Source: Oculina patagonica (lineage: Eukaryota). Taken from it: a stretch of 64,000 nucleotides of DNA. Location: assembly GCF_052425735.1 (NCBI RefSeq), contig NC_135768.1:3224001-3288000 (forward strand), given 5' to 3'. This document shows, in pieces, positions 25,848-38,283 of this stretch. Positions within the stretch are counted from its first letter, which is position 1, and every line of letters begins with the position of its first letter. A program made the position numbers and the translations under genes. The notes beneath the pieces are model-generated. The model did no database searches and was not told the DNA's origin. It saw nothing but the letters and a program-made list of their open reading frames with translations.

Positions 25848-28800
25848 ATGTTGGTGCTATTCGAAACGCCAGCAGGATATGCAATTTTCAAGGTAAGTTC
25901 CTTGTCGTTTAGTAGACAAAAAATGCTTTATTTTTGTTGCTTTGAAGCCGTATATTCTTGTGTTGTTTAAGGTTGCAATCGATCGTCTTCACAAACTAAA
26001 CCAAAACTTTGCCTAAATTTTCAGCTCCTAGATGAGAAGAAACTACAGAAGATCGATAACCTTTATAAGGATTTCGAGACACCAGATGCTGCAAGTAAAG
26101 TGTGAGTTTTCATGATCGATGTTATATAAAGCATCAGGTTCGATTGTGTTACAACATTAAAGCTGATTTCCAGTCCGTACTGCGCAGACTCGGGGTTTGT
26201 TTTCGTTTTTGTTTTGAATTCGCTGAAACGTTACACTTCGTTGACAGCATACATGAAGTTTTTTAGTCCGCCATTACAGTTCGCTTCGTTCAAGAATTTC
26301 CGATGAGCTGAAACGTCGGTTTGAAATAGCGTCAAGGTTCTTCTACTTGTTATTATTTGTTCTGCAAGGATATCTGGCGTTAATAATGAAGAAACGGGTA
26401 AGTTTGTCATGTAATTTTTAGTTTTGCTTTGTTTGTGAGGCTCACATAAACATTGCAGCCGAGATTGCGCAGTACGGACTGTAATTCATCTTTAATTTGC
26501 ATGCCCGGGTTGCATGCCTTTTGAAGTGATCAGTAATGTACATGTTGTGATTCAATTGCGACTAAATGTAATTTGTGTTTTACAGAGTTAAACTGAAGCA
26601 TTTTGAAAAGTTCAATGACACTACTGAAGCATTGGCAGGTTTGTTATTCTTGAGTTGTTCACAGTAAACAGTGAATGTTTACGTTTTGTTAGCCAGTATG
26701 ATGTTGAGGTCAGCCGCAACATCATAGACAAAGACAAAGCGCCATTGTCGTATAATGTTTTACACTTGCTTTGTAAGGCAACCTTTCATGAAAGAATTAT
26801 TGTATATATTTGGTTTGATTGTAAAGAGGTAATGCACTAGACATGATTAGACCACCCACCCAGTCCACAAGGTGTTATCAAATCTGTAACATCATCATCA
26901 TCATCATCGTCATCATGTAAAGGCTCAGAATCGTAATCTATTTTTCTTTCTTATATTTTACCCTCAGCTGCAACAGCAACTGTGGAAGGGAAAATGAGCA
27001 AGAGCCTTAAAAAGGTTCTTAAGAAAATTGTAGCCAAGGACATTCATCAAGAATTGGCTGTTGCTGATGCCAAGCTGGGTGGCGTAATCAAGGTGAGGAA
27101 CCTTATGTGAACACAGGGTCCAAAATTTTGCAGTCCCCATGTTTTCAGTGGTTTTATCTGACTTCACCGTGGGCGCATAGCGTAAGAACATGCTTTCCTT
27201 TCGCCATTGGAATGTCAAGTTTCCACTGTAAATCTTCGAAAACTTTTTGCAGTCAGAAGAAGTTGAAAGTGCAAAAGAATTCATTTAAGGTTTTGATATA
27301 TTGGGGCTTCCAAGTCAGAAGAAGTTGGTCCTTCTACGCTTACTAAAAACCTTCTTTACTTACAAGTTTACTACCAGATGATGTTGACGATATTTGCAGT
27401 AAACCTCGGTCGGCAATCCTGTTGTGTGCAGTCTTGAAACAAAGAGAGCTTTCTATGTAACAAAAACTCCTTTTCAAAGAAAAGCACAAGCTACCACAAT
27501 AATTTACACAATAAGCTACACAATAATTTAATGTCTTTGTAGGTAGGAGACTCTGAGTCTTGTGATCATTCACAAGTAGGAATAAAGTTCAAAGGGAAGA
27601 AGTGTTTTTAAACACTTTGTGCTTTCGTCTATCACTGATTTTCTCATCTGGCGACCAAAAAAAAGTTTAGTCGCCACTTGGTGCTCGCATAAAAAAGTGG
27701 TTGTAAATTTGTTAATCATTACAAAATTTTTGCAAAGGCAAAATTTCTGCAAAGATACAAACTCATTTTCTAACCATAGTTTATGCAACCCTCAACTTTG
27801 TTTGAATTTCAGGAGAAGCTTAGTTTGAACTGTGTGTCCAGTTCTGCTGTTCAGGAGCTCATGCGAGGCATTAGACTGCAGCTAAACAGCCTTATCACAG
27901 GTAAACAATAAATAATCATTCTTTGTTATATGATCGTGTTCGACATCTGTGCTGACGTCACTAGCCACTGATCTTATATTGAACCCTATGTTATTCAGTT
28001 GTTTACAAAGTTCTTTTTGACCCAAACTGCCATCTGATTCAGAAGGTTTTTGTACAGGGTTTGTATATACCTGACAGAAAATCCTTGAATTTGGAAATCA
28101 GAATTCAATGTCCTGGAAAGTGAATTTAAGAGAATTTGGTACTTAAAAATTCTTTGCAGTTTTTGTTGTCTTGATTGTTGATTGTTTCCATTTTCGGTTG
28201 CAGGTCTTCCTAATAAAGAAATGAGTGCAATGGCTTTAGGATTAGCTCACAGGTGTGTACACATTCAAATGGGTGATGATATTCAGGGGAAGGGGGAAAG
28301 GGGGCAACCAGAAAAAAAAATATATATTTTCATCTTGGAATTGAAGAGTTCTAGCATCTTTACGTGAAGGTGTTTACTCTCCAATAATGTGGACAACTAT
28401 TGGCTGGCAAAATGCCTGATGTATAGTTGCATTGTTATCTTTTTCCAGCTTGTCACGTTATAAACTCAAGTTCAGTCCAGACAAGGTGGATACCATGATT
28501 GTGCAGGCAATATCTTTACTTGATGACTTGGACAAAGAACTGAACAACTACATCATGCGCTGTCGTGAGTGGTATGGCTGGCATTTTCCTGAGCTGGGCA
28601 AGATAGTCACTGACAACTTAGCTTATGCCAAGACTGTCAAAACTATGGGTAGGTGAATTATTTTGTCATTGAGTTCACTGACCAACATCAAATTTCTCCT
28701 CAATTGCAATACTTAATCAAGAGAAAAGGTTAAGAGAATTAATAAAATGATCACCAAAGGGAAATTGCTATGATCCTTTAACAAATTCTCCCAACTTATA

Positions 28801-31526
28801 CTATGAGGAAATGTATGAGGATCAGTGAGGAGAATTTGTACGTGGATATTGAGGCTAAAAAGGTAAAAAAAAAACTACAGTGAATATTGTATATTGAGTC
28901 AACAGCATGCTAAATTCCTAGCTCATATTTTTTAATCAGAGAAGTGGTTGAAGACAATATTAAGATCTCAAGTTGTAGCAGGACCAACTTATACCATGGC
29001 ACAGTCAAATGCAGCACATGTGACAGACTATGCCCCCCCGTATGAAGTAGATTTTACAACCATCAAAGAAAATGCAGACCAAGATAAACAATTAAGGATG
29101 CTACGTGTCTGCCGTTAGACTTTACGAGCACAGTCATTAGAAAGCAGTATTTTTCTTCAGTAGATAAAAGACAAAAGTTTCTCTCAAAGTTGTGCATAAG
29201 GCACATTAGGCCATTTTATTGAGCTGTGAACTGTTGTGTCACTTTCATCATTTACATCTTTTCAGGCACTCGTTTGAATGCTGATAAAACTGATCTGTCA
29301 GAGATCCTACCTGAGGAAGTTGAAGAGGAGGTGAAAGCTGCTGCTGAGATTTCCATGGGAACTGAAGTACATCATGTGTAACGTAGCAACATGGAAAACT
29401 ACCTTATAACATGAAATTTTTGCGACACGTTAATTTCGCGATTTTGAGGTGCACATATTTTGCGACACTTAAATTTCGCGATTTTGCGAAAAATATTGTA
29501 TTTTGAATCACTTTTAATTAATTTCTCGTTTTTGAGTGAGACGCAATTTACATTTTCTGAGCAATATATTTTGACATGCCTTTGAATTATATAAAACGAC
29601 TTCATCAAAGGAACAATAACGTCAAAATTAACAAAAACACAGGAGAGGACTTTTTCTCAATACAGCAGTTCTCAGAATGTCTACAAGTGACGACAACATC
29701 CATTTACATTGATTACTGACATATGCGAGTCACTTAATATTCGCGTCATGTTATGTTCACGACACCTTTTGTTCGCGTCACTTTAATTTTGCGATTTTTT
29801 TAGAATCGCGAAATTCGCGAAATTAAAGTGTCGCGAAAATTTCATGTAATAAGGTAGTCAATTATTGGTAACGGACTGTAACAGGGTAAACAATATCCTT
29901 TAAGATACAGCACACAATCTTGCTCTTCTGTAGGGGAGCATAGAGTGTCCACCGTGACTCTTCACTGATGTGCAATTTTCTTGTAATTTTCTTGGCCTTT
30001 AGCCAAGACAGGTTCTTTGCTTCCAACTCTTCTAGTGTATAGCACCTTCATGACTGCTTAGGTCAACCCCTCTTCCTGTACCCCTGGGTGTTCCATTCAA
30101 GGTTAATATCAAGGTTCCATTCTAGTGATGTTCATAGGTTTTCAGAGTGTGTGTCCAATTCACTTCCACTTTCTCCTGTCGATGGTGTCTTCTGTGTGAC
30201 TTTGACCAGTTATCTTTCAGAGAAGCGCACTCTGTAATAATTTAGAAAGCTTAAAGAGCCTTTTACACCTATGTAGCTGTTGGTGTTGTACACAAAAATG
30301 ATTTTCATTAATGCTTGTGACTGTATTTCTTCTGTTTTCAGATTTCTGATGAAGACATTAATAACATCATCTACCTCTGTGATCAGGTACTGAATCTGAG
30401 TCCTTTGCCAAGGATTGTCTATTCCTTAGTTTACATTGTGGACCTTGTAGCTTGTCAGTACAGATAGTTTGTAATTATAATAAGGTTGGTTTTTCAGTTT
30501 TCCACGAGGCGACACAAGTTAAACTTTGTATTCGAGCCTAGTGACCCATTAAGCTAGAGCATATCCTGGTTTGCATGGCATGAAGCGACTAGGAGTATTT
30601 CTACTCCCCCCTGGATGGGATGCTAGTTCATTGCAGGGTTACCCCCTCATTAAATTTGCCAGTACCCATTTGTACACCTCACTTGAAGTCATTCTGTTAT
30701 CATCAGAATTTGCATCCGACCAGTTGGCGTCTATTGTTTATTGATAACAATAGAACTGATGCAAACCGACGACTTCTCATTGGTCAGTTTTTGATTGCGA
30801 GTTCTTCTTGAGCTATAAAAAAGAGCGCTACCTCTGCTAGCTTCAGGTCATAACCCGCTCTCAACAACATGAGCACAGAACTAAAAGCAACTGACGAAGG
30901 GAACGACTCTTTTTCGTTTCCGAAACCGGTCTTGCTAATAGAAAAACAGTTCTTTTTAGAACTCTATGGCCACCAATTATGACGATAAAATCGTTGCCAT
31001 CTCGCATTCACAAGAAATAAAAAAGCTCAAACATAAAACCTCCAACTGTTACCTATCGAAGGACAAGTCTCTTACTTGGAGCGAAATTTCCTTCACACAT
31101 TTAACAACAACACAAAGGAGTTATATACGGTAAGGGTTGAGTGACAATATTATGAGACTTTTTTTTTTTTTTGTAAAAGCGAATCAACAAAACTAGAAAT
31201 TAGTTCTGTTGGACCACCGCTAGTGAAGTGTCTTCCCAAGAACACAACACAGTGACTGTTTCCAGGCTCAAACCCAGACCACTAAATTTAAACACCAGCA
31301 GACTAGCCATAAGACCACCACATCTTTCCTTATTACTTTGCCAACACCTTTCTTTGCCTATTTTCAGGTGATTGAAATCACTGATTACCGTGCCCAGCTT
31401 TATGATTACCTGAAGAATCGCATGACGGCCATTGCTCCAAACTTGACTGTTTTGGTAGGAGAGCTTGTCGGAGCCAGACTCATTGCCCATGCAGGTTAGT
31501 TTCTCATCATCATCCTCATCATTATC

Positions 31527-31566
<40 letters not shown>

Positions 31567-34500
31567 GCGTCATCATGTTATTAGCATTTTAGAATTAAAG
31601 GTTTAAAGCAATAACATGATGGTAGGGTGAGGAGACCACCAAGAAACCACCAGGCTTAAAGGGGAGGCCACTTCACTTCAGTATGTTAGTAGTTTAGTTG
31701 TGGATTCCCAGATAGGTCAATTCAGACTCATTTCACTAAATACTGCACAGTGTCAAGTCATTTTTAACAGACAAGTATTGAATAGGATATTGTATTTCCT
31801 TAAAGCTGCAACTATTCTTATATTGCAACTTAAGTGTGTCTCCTTCAACAGGGTCACTTCTAAACTTGGCCAAGCATCCATCCTCAACAGTACAAATATT
31901 AGGAGCTGAAAAGGCTTTGTTCAGGTTAGCAGAAATTTATACTCAATTAAAAAATACCCGGTATGCTGTGATTCCTTTCTTGTTTTTTTTTTTTTTTCAA
32001 TAATCACCTATTTATTCATTGAAGGCAGTAGTCTGATTGCCAATGCTCAGTTTTTAATGGCTGGAACATTTTTACGGTTTTTCAATCACTTTATTTTAGC
32101 CTTGTAACTTTTCTACGCTTTTTTATAAAAGGCGTGACATTATAGTACAGAAAAAATTGCGTGTAAGAACCTACTAGTTTGACAAAACTGGTTCTTGTCT
32201 TATGGGGTACTTATTGACAGTTTAGGCTTAGTAGGTTCTTAATCAGGTTCCTTATACAGAGTAGACATTGTTGTTGATTATCAGAAAATAGTATAAAATC
32301 TGGTCTGTTCTTCATTATAAATATTTATTAATGTACCCATGTTGCCAAAAGTCCAACAACATACTGTATATACCCCAGTAACATTACCTTTCTGGTTTTT
32401 GGTAAAAAATATATATAAATTAAATAGTTAAACCCTACATGTAAGAACCTGTAGGAATTTGTTTGGCTAAACAGGTTCTTATATTTTGGGGTATTATAAA
32501 AGCAAATTTCTGCCAGAAGGTTCTTAAAGGCCTAGGTTCTTACACGCGGGTTTTTACTGTATGCATAGCATCATTGAAAATCTCACAAGAGACAATAGCA
32601 AATCAATTTTCTTTTTACTTTTTTAACAGGGCACTCAAGACAAAGCATGACACGCCAAAATATGGTCTGATCTTCCATGCATCTCTAGTGGGTCAAACGA
32701 CACCAAAGCACAAAGGAAAGGTCTGTAAAGCCTCATGAAAAATTACATGATTTGATTGTAAGGATATGTAGACGGCATTGCTTTATAAATTTGTTTGGTT
32801 TTAAATGCAGTTTGGAGTAATTTTTTTCCATGTGATAACAAATTTCCTTTAATCAGGTATCCTGCACTGCCACTGTGGCATTTATTTCTAGGATTGAACC
32901 AAGTTTTGTTTAATGAGTACTAATATTTGACAGAATTTTGCATGTTTTGGTTAAGACGGATTCCGCTGAAAGTTTGAGCAATATACTCAGCAGGATAACA
33001 TTTTCTATACTATTTAAAAGATCTTACTGAAATTCATTTGTGTTAGTGACCCCGTAATTGTATTTTAAAGCATTCACGAGAAAATTAAAGTTAAACATCG
33101 TAAAATTGTTTAAAACGTGCGCCATTTTGTTTTGAACTGGCGTGAAACGTTCCTTTTTAGCTGAAATACTGGCAACTTCAAAGCCATTTTTCTCTCGCGG
33201 GGTCAGCTTGAGTGCTTAAGTTTTGGCAGATTTTTGTTATCTGTACTCAAACCGTTACAACTATGTTATGAGATCTATTTGGTACCTTTATTTTTGCCAA
33301 GCACTACCACGAATGTTCAGATTGTTTTAAATACCCAAAAACATCCCTACTTAAATAAAAAAAATACTTGCTAAATTTTCCTACCCCCCAAAAAAATGCC
33401 GGAATCGAAAATTTCGAACCCAATAAAATCCTTCGATCATCCCCGTCACTTAAAATCCCGAGTACCCCCCTGGGGATGGGGTAAAGGGGTGAAAGCCAAC
33501 GGGACATGGGAAAAGAAGGGGCAGAATGTAGGGATTCCCCAGGTGGCTGCGTTTTTCTGTGAATAAAGTACAATCAAACATGTTTTGCTGTTGATTTTTG
33601 AGAGGTTAATTTTTGATCTAGGGATTTTTTGGGGTCTTGAATTTTTCCCCCATTCGTTCATCTCCGTCATTTGAAATCCTGAATACCCCCTGGGACTCCA
33701 TCCCATAATGAAGTTAACTGAGGCCAGAAGGCAGATCAAGGACAGGATCCCTTCCACTTATACTTTTTTCCCTGCTACTTACACAAAAAGCCTACCCTTG
33801 TAATTTTAATGTCTGAACTGTTTTTGACAGATCTCCAGAATGTTAGCTGCCAAAACCTCCCTTGCTGCTCGAGTGGATGCCTTGGGTGAGGACAGTGGAA
33901 CAGCCATGGGCATCGAGAACAGAGCAAAGCTTGAAATGAGGCTGAAATCACTAGAAGAAAATCAGGTGCGTTAGTGACCCTCACCACCAGTTGCATGCTT
34001 TCCCATACTTGGCGCAGGGGACATTTTTCTGCAGTTCACACCAGTGACTTGTTTTCCTGTGCTTGTCTCAACACCGTTTCCTGTTTCACCACACTTGGCA
34101 CAGTTTGCATGCATGCTGCTGCCTTGAGCTCTCATTGGCATATTACACTATTTTTACTTGTTATTTGACAAATTGGTAGTCGTAACAAAACTGCTGTACA
34201 GGGCATGAAATTAACTTTTTTTAACATTAGCCACTTGGCTTCTAAATATTTTAGAGTGGTAGCCAAGTCCAAAAATTTTGGTTGCCAAAAAATAAATAAA
34301 AAAAACAAAACATTTTTACTCTGACATTTTACTAGATAGAACCTCTAGAATGCATTATTTTCACCTTATTTGCATTCATCATTGACTAAGTTTCAGGGAT
34401 TGATTGCCAGACTGGAACATCAGTGGCACTGGCGCCTGTCTTAGGCACAATTTCGTGCCCTACCGTAACATATTAAAGTGAGTGTTAATTTGATTTTTTT

Positions 34501-36767
34501 TTTCAGTTGAGACGAATCAGTGGAACTGGCAAGGCCAAAGCACGAGTGGACAAGTATGAAAACAAAAGGTATCAGCAGAAACAATAATTTTTATAACCTA
34601 TTTTTCACTTTTCCCTGCTCTACAGTAATTTAATATTTGAGGGCCACAAGTTTATAATTGTTTTTCACTTTTTACATGCTTCCCTCTTTGAAAAAGACTC
34701 CACTTCACTTCAAAATGAATGCTGGCAAGAAAAAAAACCCTTCCACCCCTACAAATATAATTTATGGCCGTTATGGGTACTGATCAGTTATTACCTGGTG
34801 ATGGTAATCACAGTCACTAAACAAATGTTGTCAGTGTGGAAATTTTGCCGGTCGGTCATCAGACATCTTTAAAGCTGAGAATGATTTGCGCATGCGAAGG
34901 TAGCTGTCTGTTTTATCAGGCTAGAACAGTGCCCTGTATGATTGTTTTTGTGTCATTTATGATGGCTAGTGCAGTTACTTACATTTTGTTTTTTCCTTGC
35001 TAACTTATTCACCAGTGTTGTGATGTCGTACAATCCTGCTGCTGACTCAACAATCGCCACACCAGGCAAGAAGAGAAAGAGATCTGAGGAAAATGGAGAA
35101 GATGCAACACCAGGTGACAGCGTCCCAGTTACACCGAGCACACCAGCCACAGAGGAAGGTCTGTGGCCTCGCACACTGTGCTTTAATTTTGAAACAAACT
35201 AATGTTGCTGCCAAAAGGCTTAGGTTGCAAAGCGTCTGTGGTTGAGACCAGGTTAAGCTTCGAAATAATAATAAAAAAAATAATGATATTAATTAAATAA
35301 AAAAGTCAAAGATTTTTCTCTGTTCCAGGCATTTGGTTAGATTGGGAGCAGTGGGAAAAACGGGATTAGCAGGACACAGCCCTACCCTTAATAATTTTTG
35401 CTTATTTTTTTTTTTTTGAAGCCCTGAATTTTTTTTTTTCAGGCTTCTTTATTCCAATTGCTTAAATTGGCAATTCACTGCAATGATCATTTATCACTTT
35501 CATATCCATCCGCAGTTCATATATGAATTATTTCATATACATTACATCATTTCACTCCTCTTACGGGTAAAATATGAACTCACAATTGACCTCGCTCCCA
35601 ATGTGTGGCTTCAATAGCTCAGTTGGTAGAGCATCGCACCGGTATCACGGAGGTCACGGGTTCGAATCCCGTTGAGGCCCTGAATTGTTTTTCAGGCTTC
35701 TTTATTCCAATTGCTTAAATTGGGAATTCCCTGCGATGATCATTTATCACTTTCTTACTGTTTTTTGCGTAGCTTCCCAACTAGCCAAACAACTGGAACA
35801 GGCAACCTTCGTCTAAAAGACTATGCTTGGTTTACATTAGAGTCATTGTTGAAATCATCAAATTGCAGACAGTTATAAGTGACGCTTATCATACTGCAAT
35901 GGCCTTATATGCCTACTGGCAGCCGCACGATGAGTCATGATGATGATGATGACCATACTGCAGATAAACTTAGTTTTGGCTGCTTTCTTATGTCTGTGGC
36001 CTTGTAAGAACAACCCTAGAAGGGTGCAAAGAAATTACTGGTGTGTCCTTTGCTTTTAGCAAAATACTCTGTTTCCACGAGGAAAAGCGGGTTTAAAATA
36101 GAACAAGTAGAATTACTTTTGTTCATGCTGGAGAGATGGTCTCTTTTTGTATTCACTATTCTCTTGTTTCTATCTTTACCTGCGTAACTGTTCAAATTTT
36201 TATCATCTATAATTTTAGATGAAAGAGAAACGCCAGCAAAGAAATCCAAGAAGGAAAAGAAGAAAAAGAAGAAGAAGGACGAGGAAGTTGAACAATCTGA
36301 CGAGGAACAAATGGACACTTCTGCTGTGGTAAGGAATAGACCTTATCATTGTTTTCAACACCGTGATGTTTTTGCTTGTCACGCAATCTTTCGTGAGATT
36401 ACGTGACCCAGACTGGGCTGGCTGTAGCTGTACCAAAATTCATCTCCAAAAAAGAAACCCAAAATTTGGCAAATATGCACATGTGTGGATTTTTTGTCAC
36501 AATAACTAATTACGTAAGTAGAAAAACACTAGTAACAAAAATCTGAGAAAAAGATAGAGATAGATTTAAATCGACAAAGTTGGTAAAAATAGGCTTTTTT
36601 TTCAAAAATCAAAATGTGTCGTCCGTTTATCAACGTGATTAGTTGTGAAAAAGTTAGTAAAAAAATAAGAGACATTCTTATTTATTTTCCTGCAGACTCC
36701 AAAAAGTGAAGAAAAGAAGAAAAAGAAAAAGAAGAAGAAGGAAAAGAAGGACGAAGACTCGGATTAA
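25848..36767 (+). CDS. NOP58: Nucleolar protein 58, ~531 aa. Exons 25848-25892, 26025-26101, 26586-26638, 26968-27092, 27813-27900, 28204-28252, 28449-28648, 29266-29366, 30342-30386, 31368-31494, 31852-31924, 32630-32720, 33831-33965, 34507-34568, 35016-35158, 36219-36328, 36696-36767
   Basis: [15 protein letters not shown] start; [50 protein letters not shown]; [26 protein letters not shown]; KKE/D-rich tail. All GT-AG, 1596 nt in frame. AATAAA at ~36802. Confidence 0.96.
26161..26491. mobile_element. TTAA MITE in NOP58 intron 2
   Basis: ttaa|agctgatttccagtccgtactgcgca ... tgcgcagtacggactgtaattcatct|ttaa. Confidence 0.75.
29400..29856. mobile_element. MITE (taccttat..catgaaattt termini)
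   Basis: Inverted termini; same family as 16664-17092. Confidence 0.75.
29920..30234 (-). mobile_element. Decayed 3' end of an RTE-clade LINE
   Basis: Minus-strand translation ...[28 protein letters not shown]...[12 protein letters not shown] resembles the RTE ORF2 C-terminus, with stop codons. Confidence 0.65.
30680..31221 (+). mobile_element. Penelope-like pseudo-LTR fragment carrying a hammerhead motif
   Basis: ATTGG box (~30780), TATAAAA (~30815), then a hammerhead (30886-30936) and a short ATG-initiated ORF. Target deletion rather than TSD. Confidence 0.55.
30886..30936 (+). ncRNA. Minimal type I hammerhead ribozyme motif
   Basis: agcaa-CTGACGA-a-gggaacga/tcgtttcc (stem II)-GAAA-ccgg-TC-ttgct. 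Stem I agcaa/ttgct, palindromic stem III ACCGGT, GUC cleavage triplet. Confidence 0.8.
31504..31576. repeat. (CAT)n microsatellite
   Basis: Direct observation; a shorter one lies at ~26889-26915. Confidence 0.9.
32147..32558. mobile_element. Tc1-like MITE, TA TSD
   Basis: ta|cagaaaaaattgcgtgtaagaaccta ... taggttcttacacgcgggtttttactg|ta. Confidence 0.7.
34199..34462. mobile_element. CAGGG-terminated MITE
   Basis: cagggcatgaaatt ... aatttcgtgcccta; flanks ctgta / ccgta. Confidence 0.6.
35417..35754 (+). mobile_element. Terminally redundant retroelement with an internal tRNA-like module (35607-35680)
   Basis: ~80-nt direct repeats at both ends; cloverleaf with A/B boxes in the middle. Confidence 0.7.
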
Positions 36768-38283
36768 CACAACAACTATAATTTCTGTTTTATTTGTTTG
36801 CAATAAATTCACACAACTTGTTTCTCTTTTCTTATTTTTGCTGCCATCCTTGACACAGTCGCCCTGCCTTTGCTCTTCTTTGACTAAAGTAGTGTTTCAG
36901 GTCCACAAAATAGCTGGGACTAAAAATTTCGGGGCAAAAAACTTACAGAAATAAATAGAGGCAAACGTTCCTTACAGACACCCACACAGCGTGCAATGAA
37001 GTACATGTCCGATAGCCCGGGACTAGCCTGACGAGCAGCAAGAAAAATTTTTGGGATCACTTTCTTGGGGAGCTTGGAAGCCAGGCTTGATTTGGTAGCC
37101 GAGCCTTCTCACAATATGAGCTCATTTACAGACAACAGCGAAATTATTCAGGGAAAATTTTTGGGAAAATTTTCCATATTTATAAGGAGCTTTTGGGCTA
37201 GTGAAAATGACTTTCGGGCCAGTACGCCCCTGGCAGACTCGTTTCCAGTCGCTCCCGAAGCGGTTTCGACTAGAACGCATTCAGCTTTCCCCTCAATTAT
37301 TATAAAGCCCCGGAACCCTCGCCTCATTCCGCTCCAGTCTTTTATCCAAAAAATATACGAGGGGGGGGGGGGGGGGGGTGAAAACAATATGAAATAATAT
37401 TATTGGAGTGTATTTTATCGCCTTAAGGAGCAAATGAGTAGGGACTGGGAACGAGTTTGTGCCCCTGGTTACAGCTTGCCAAAAGGATCAGTTGGAAAAT
37501 TCAATTTCTTTGTACCCCGCCCACAGTTGACTCGATCCGAAAGATACTTCTCTACCTCTGTTATACGCACTCCTTCATAGTATAGGGTCTCTTCCCTGTC
37601 CCTTTTGTATCCCCTAAAAGAGGCTTCACTTTTCTTGTTTCTCGTTCCAGAGGGATTTTTTTTGAAGCCGCCATCTGATAGCGGCTTCAAAGACGAAAAT
37701 ACGGTGGGGGGGAGGGGAGGGGGGGAGAGAAAACGAAATAGGGAAAAAACTGGCGAGGAGGAAAGAAAACAATAGCGAAGCGCGCAAGTGACGTCATGAC
37801 TCCGACGAACAAACCGGAATTGCGAACGATTATCTTAAAACACTTTGTTTCTCCCTCAAACACTATTTTAAAATGAGAACTTCGCCCAGATTCGGCGTCT
37901 CCAATGAGTCTGCGCAAATCATTTCCGGCTCCGGTACATAACGCCATTCACTTGTGAAATTTATAACAGCGAACCAACAGGAAAATCACTGGTATTTAGG
38001 ACCATCTAAATATTTTGTTATAAGATTTTCTTGCCAAGTTACAGTTCTTTTCAAACGGAATTTTTCGTTTTATAAATGTGCAAAATATTTCGTGACAGTT
38101 GATCAGCGGTATCTGCCTTTCCGTCACGCAACAATCAATATGGTAATTTGTATGGCTTTTGTGTGCTCGCTTTCGTTTGCTTCAGTTCTCGTCTCAAGAG
38201 CCCGTCTCAAGAGGCAGTTCTGATTCACCACTCGAACGTAAAAGATTACGTTCCAGTCTTCCAAAAATTAGCAGCCCTCTAAA

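Larger units (their letters stand above)
30534..31322 (-). mobile_element. tRNA-derived SINE interrupted by a ~540-bp insertion (30680-31221)
   Basis: SINE core stops at ..gtacacct (30679) and resumes at agtgaagtgtcttcccaag (31222). About 20 nt of SINE is missing relative to the 15056 copy. Confidence 0.7.

Noticed and set aside
26686-26739. Hairpin tatgatgttg/caacatcata in NOP58 intron 3
   Set aside because: Spacing to candidate H/ACA boxes is wrong and there is no second hairpin.
27928-27973. cgtcactagccaCTGA in NOP58 intron 5, reminiscent of the SNORD70/SNORD11 18S guide hosted by vertebrate NOP58
   Set aside because: The guide is interrupted, there is no proper C box, and the span is only ~42 nt. 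Cannot be supported without an Rfam search.
35607-35680. Apparent tRNA-Thr(GGT) genes here and at 55013-55090 / 55246-55323
   Set aside because: Anticodon stems are mispaired, GGT is atypical for eukaryotic Thr tRNAs, and all are embedded in repeat structures. Treated as tRNA-derived modules.
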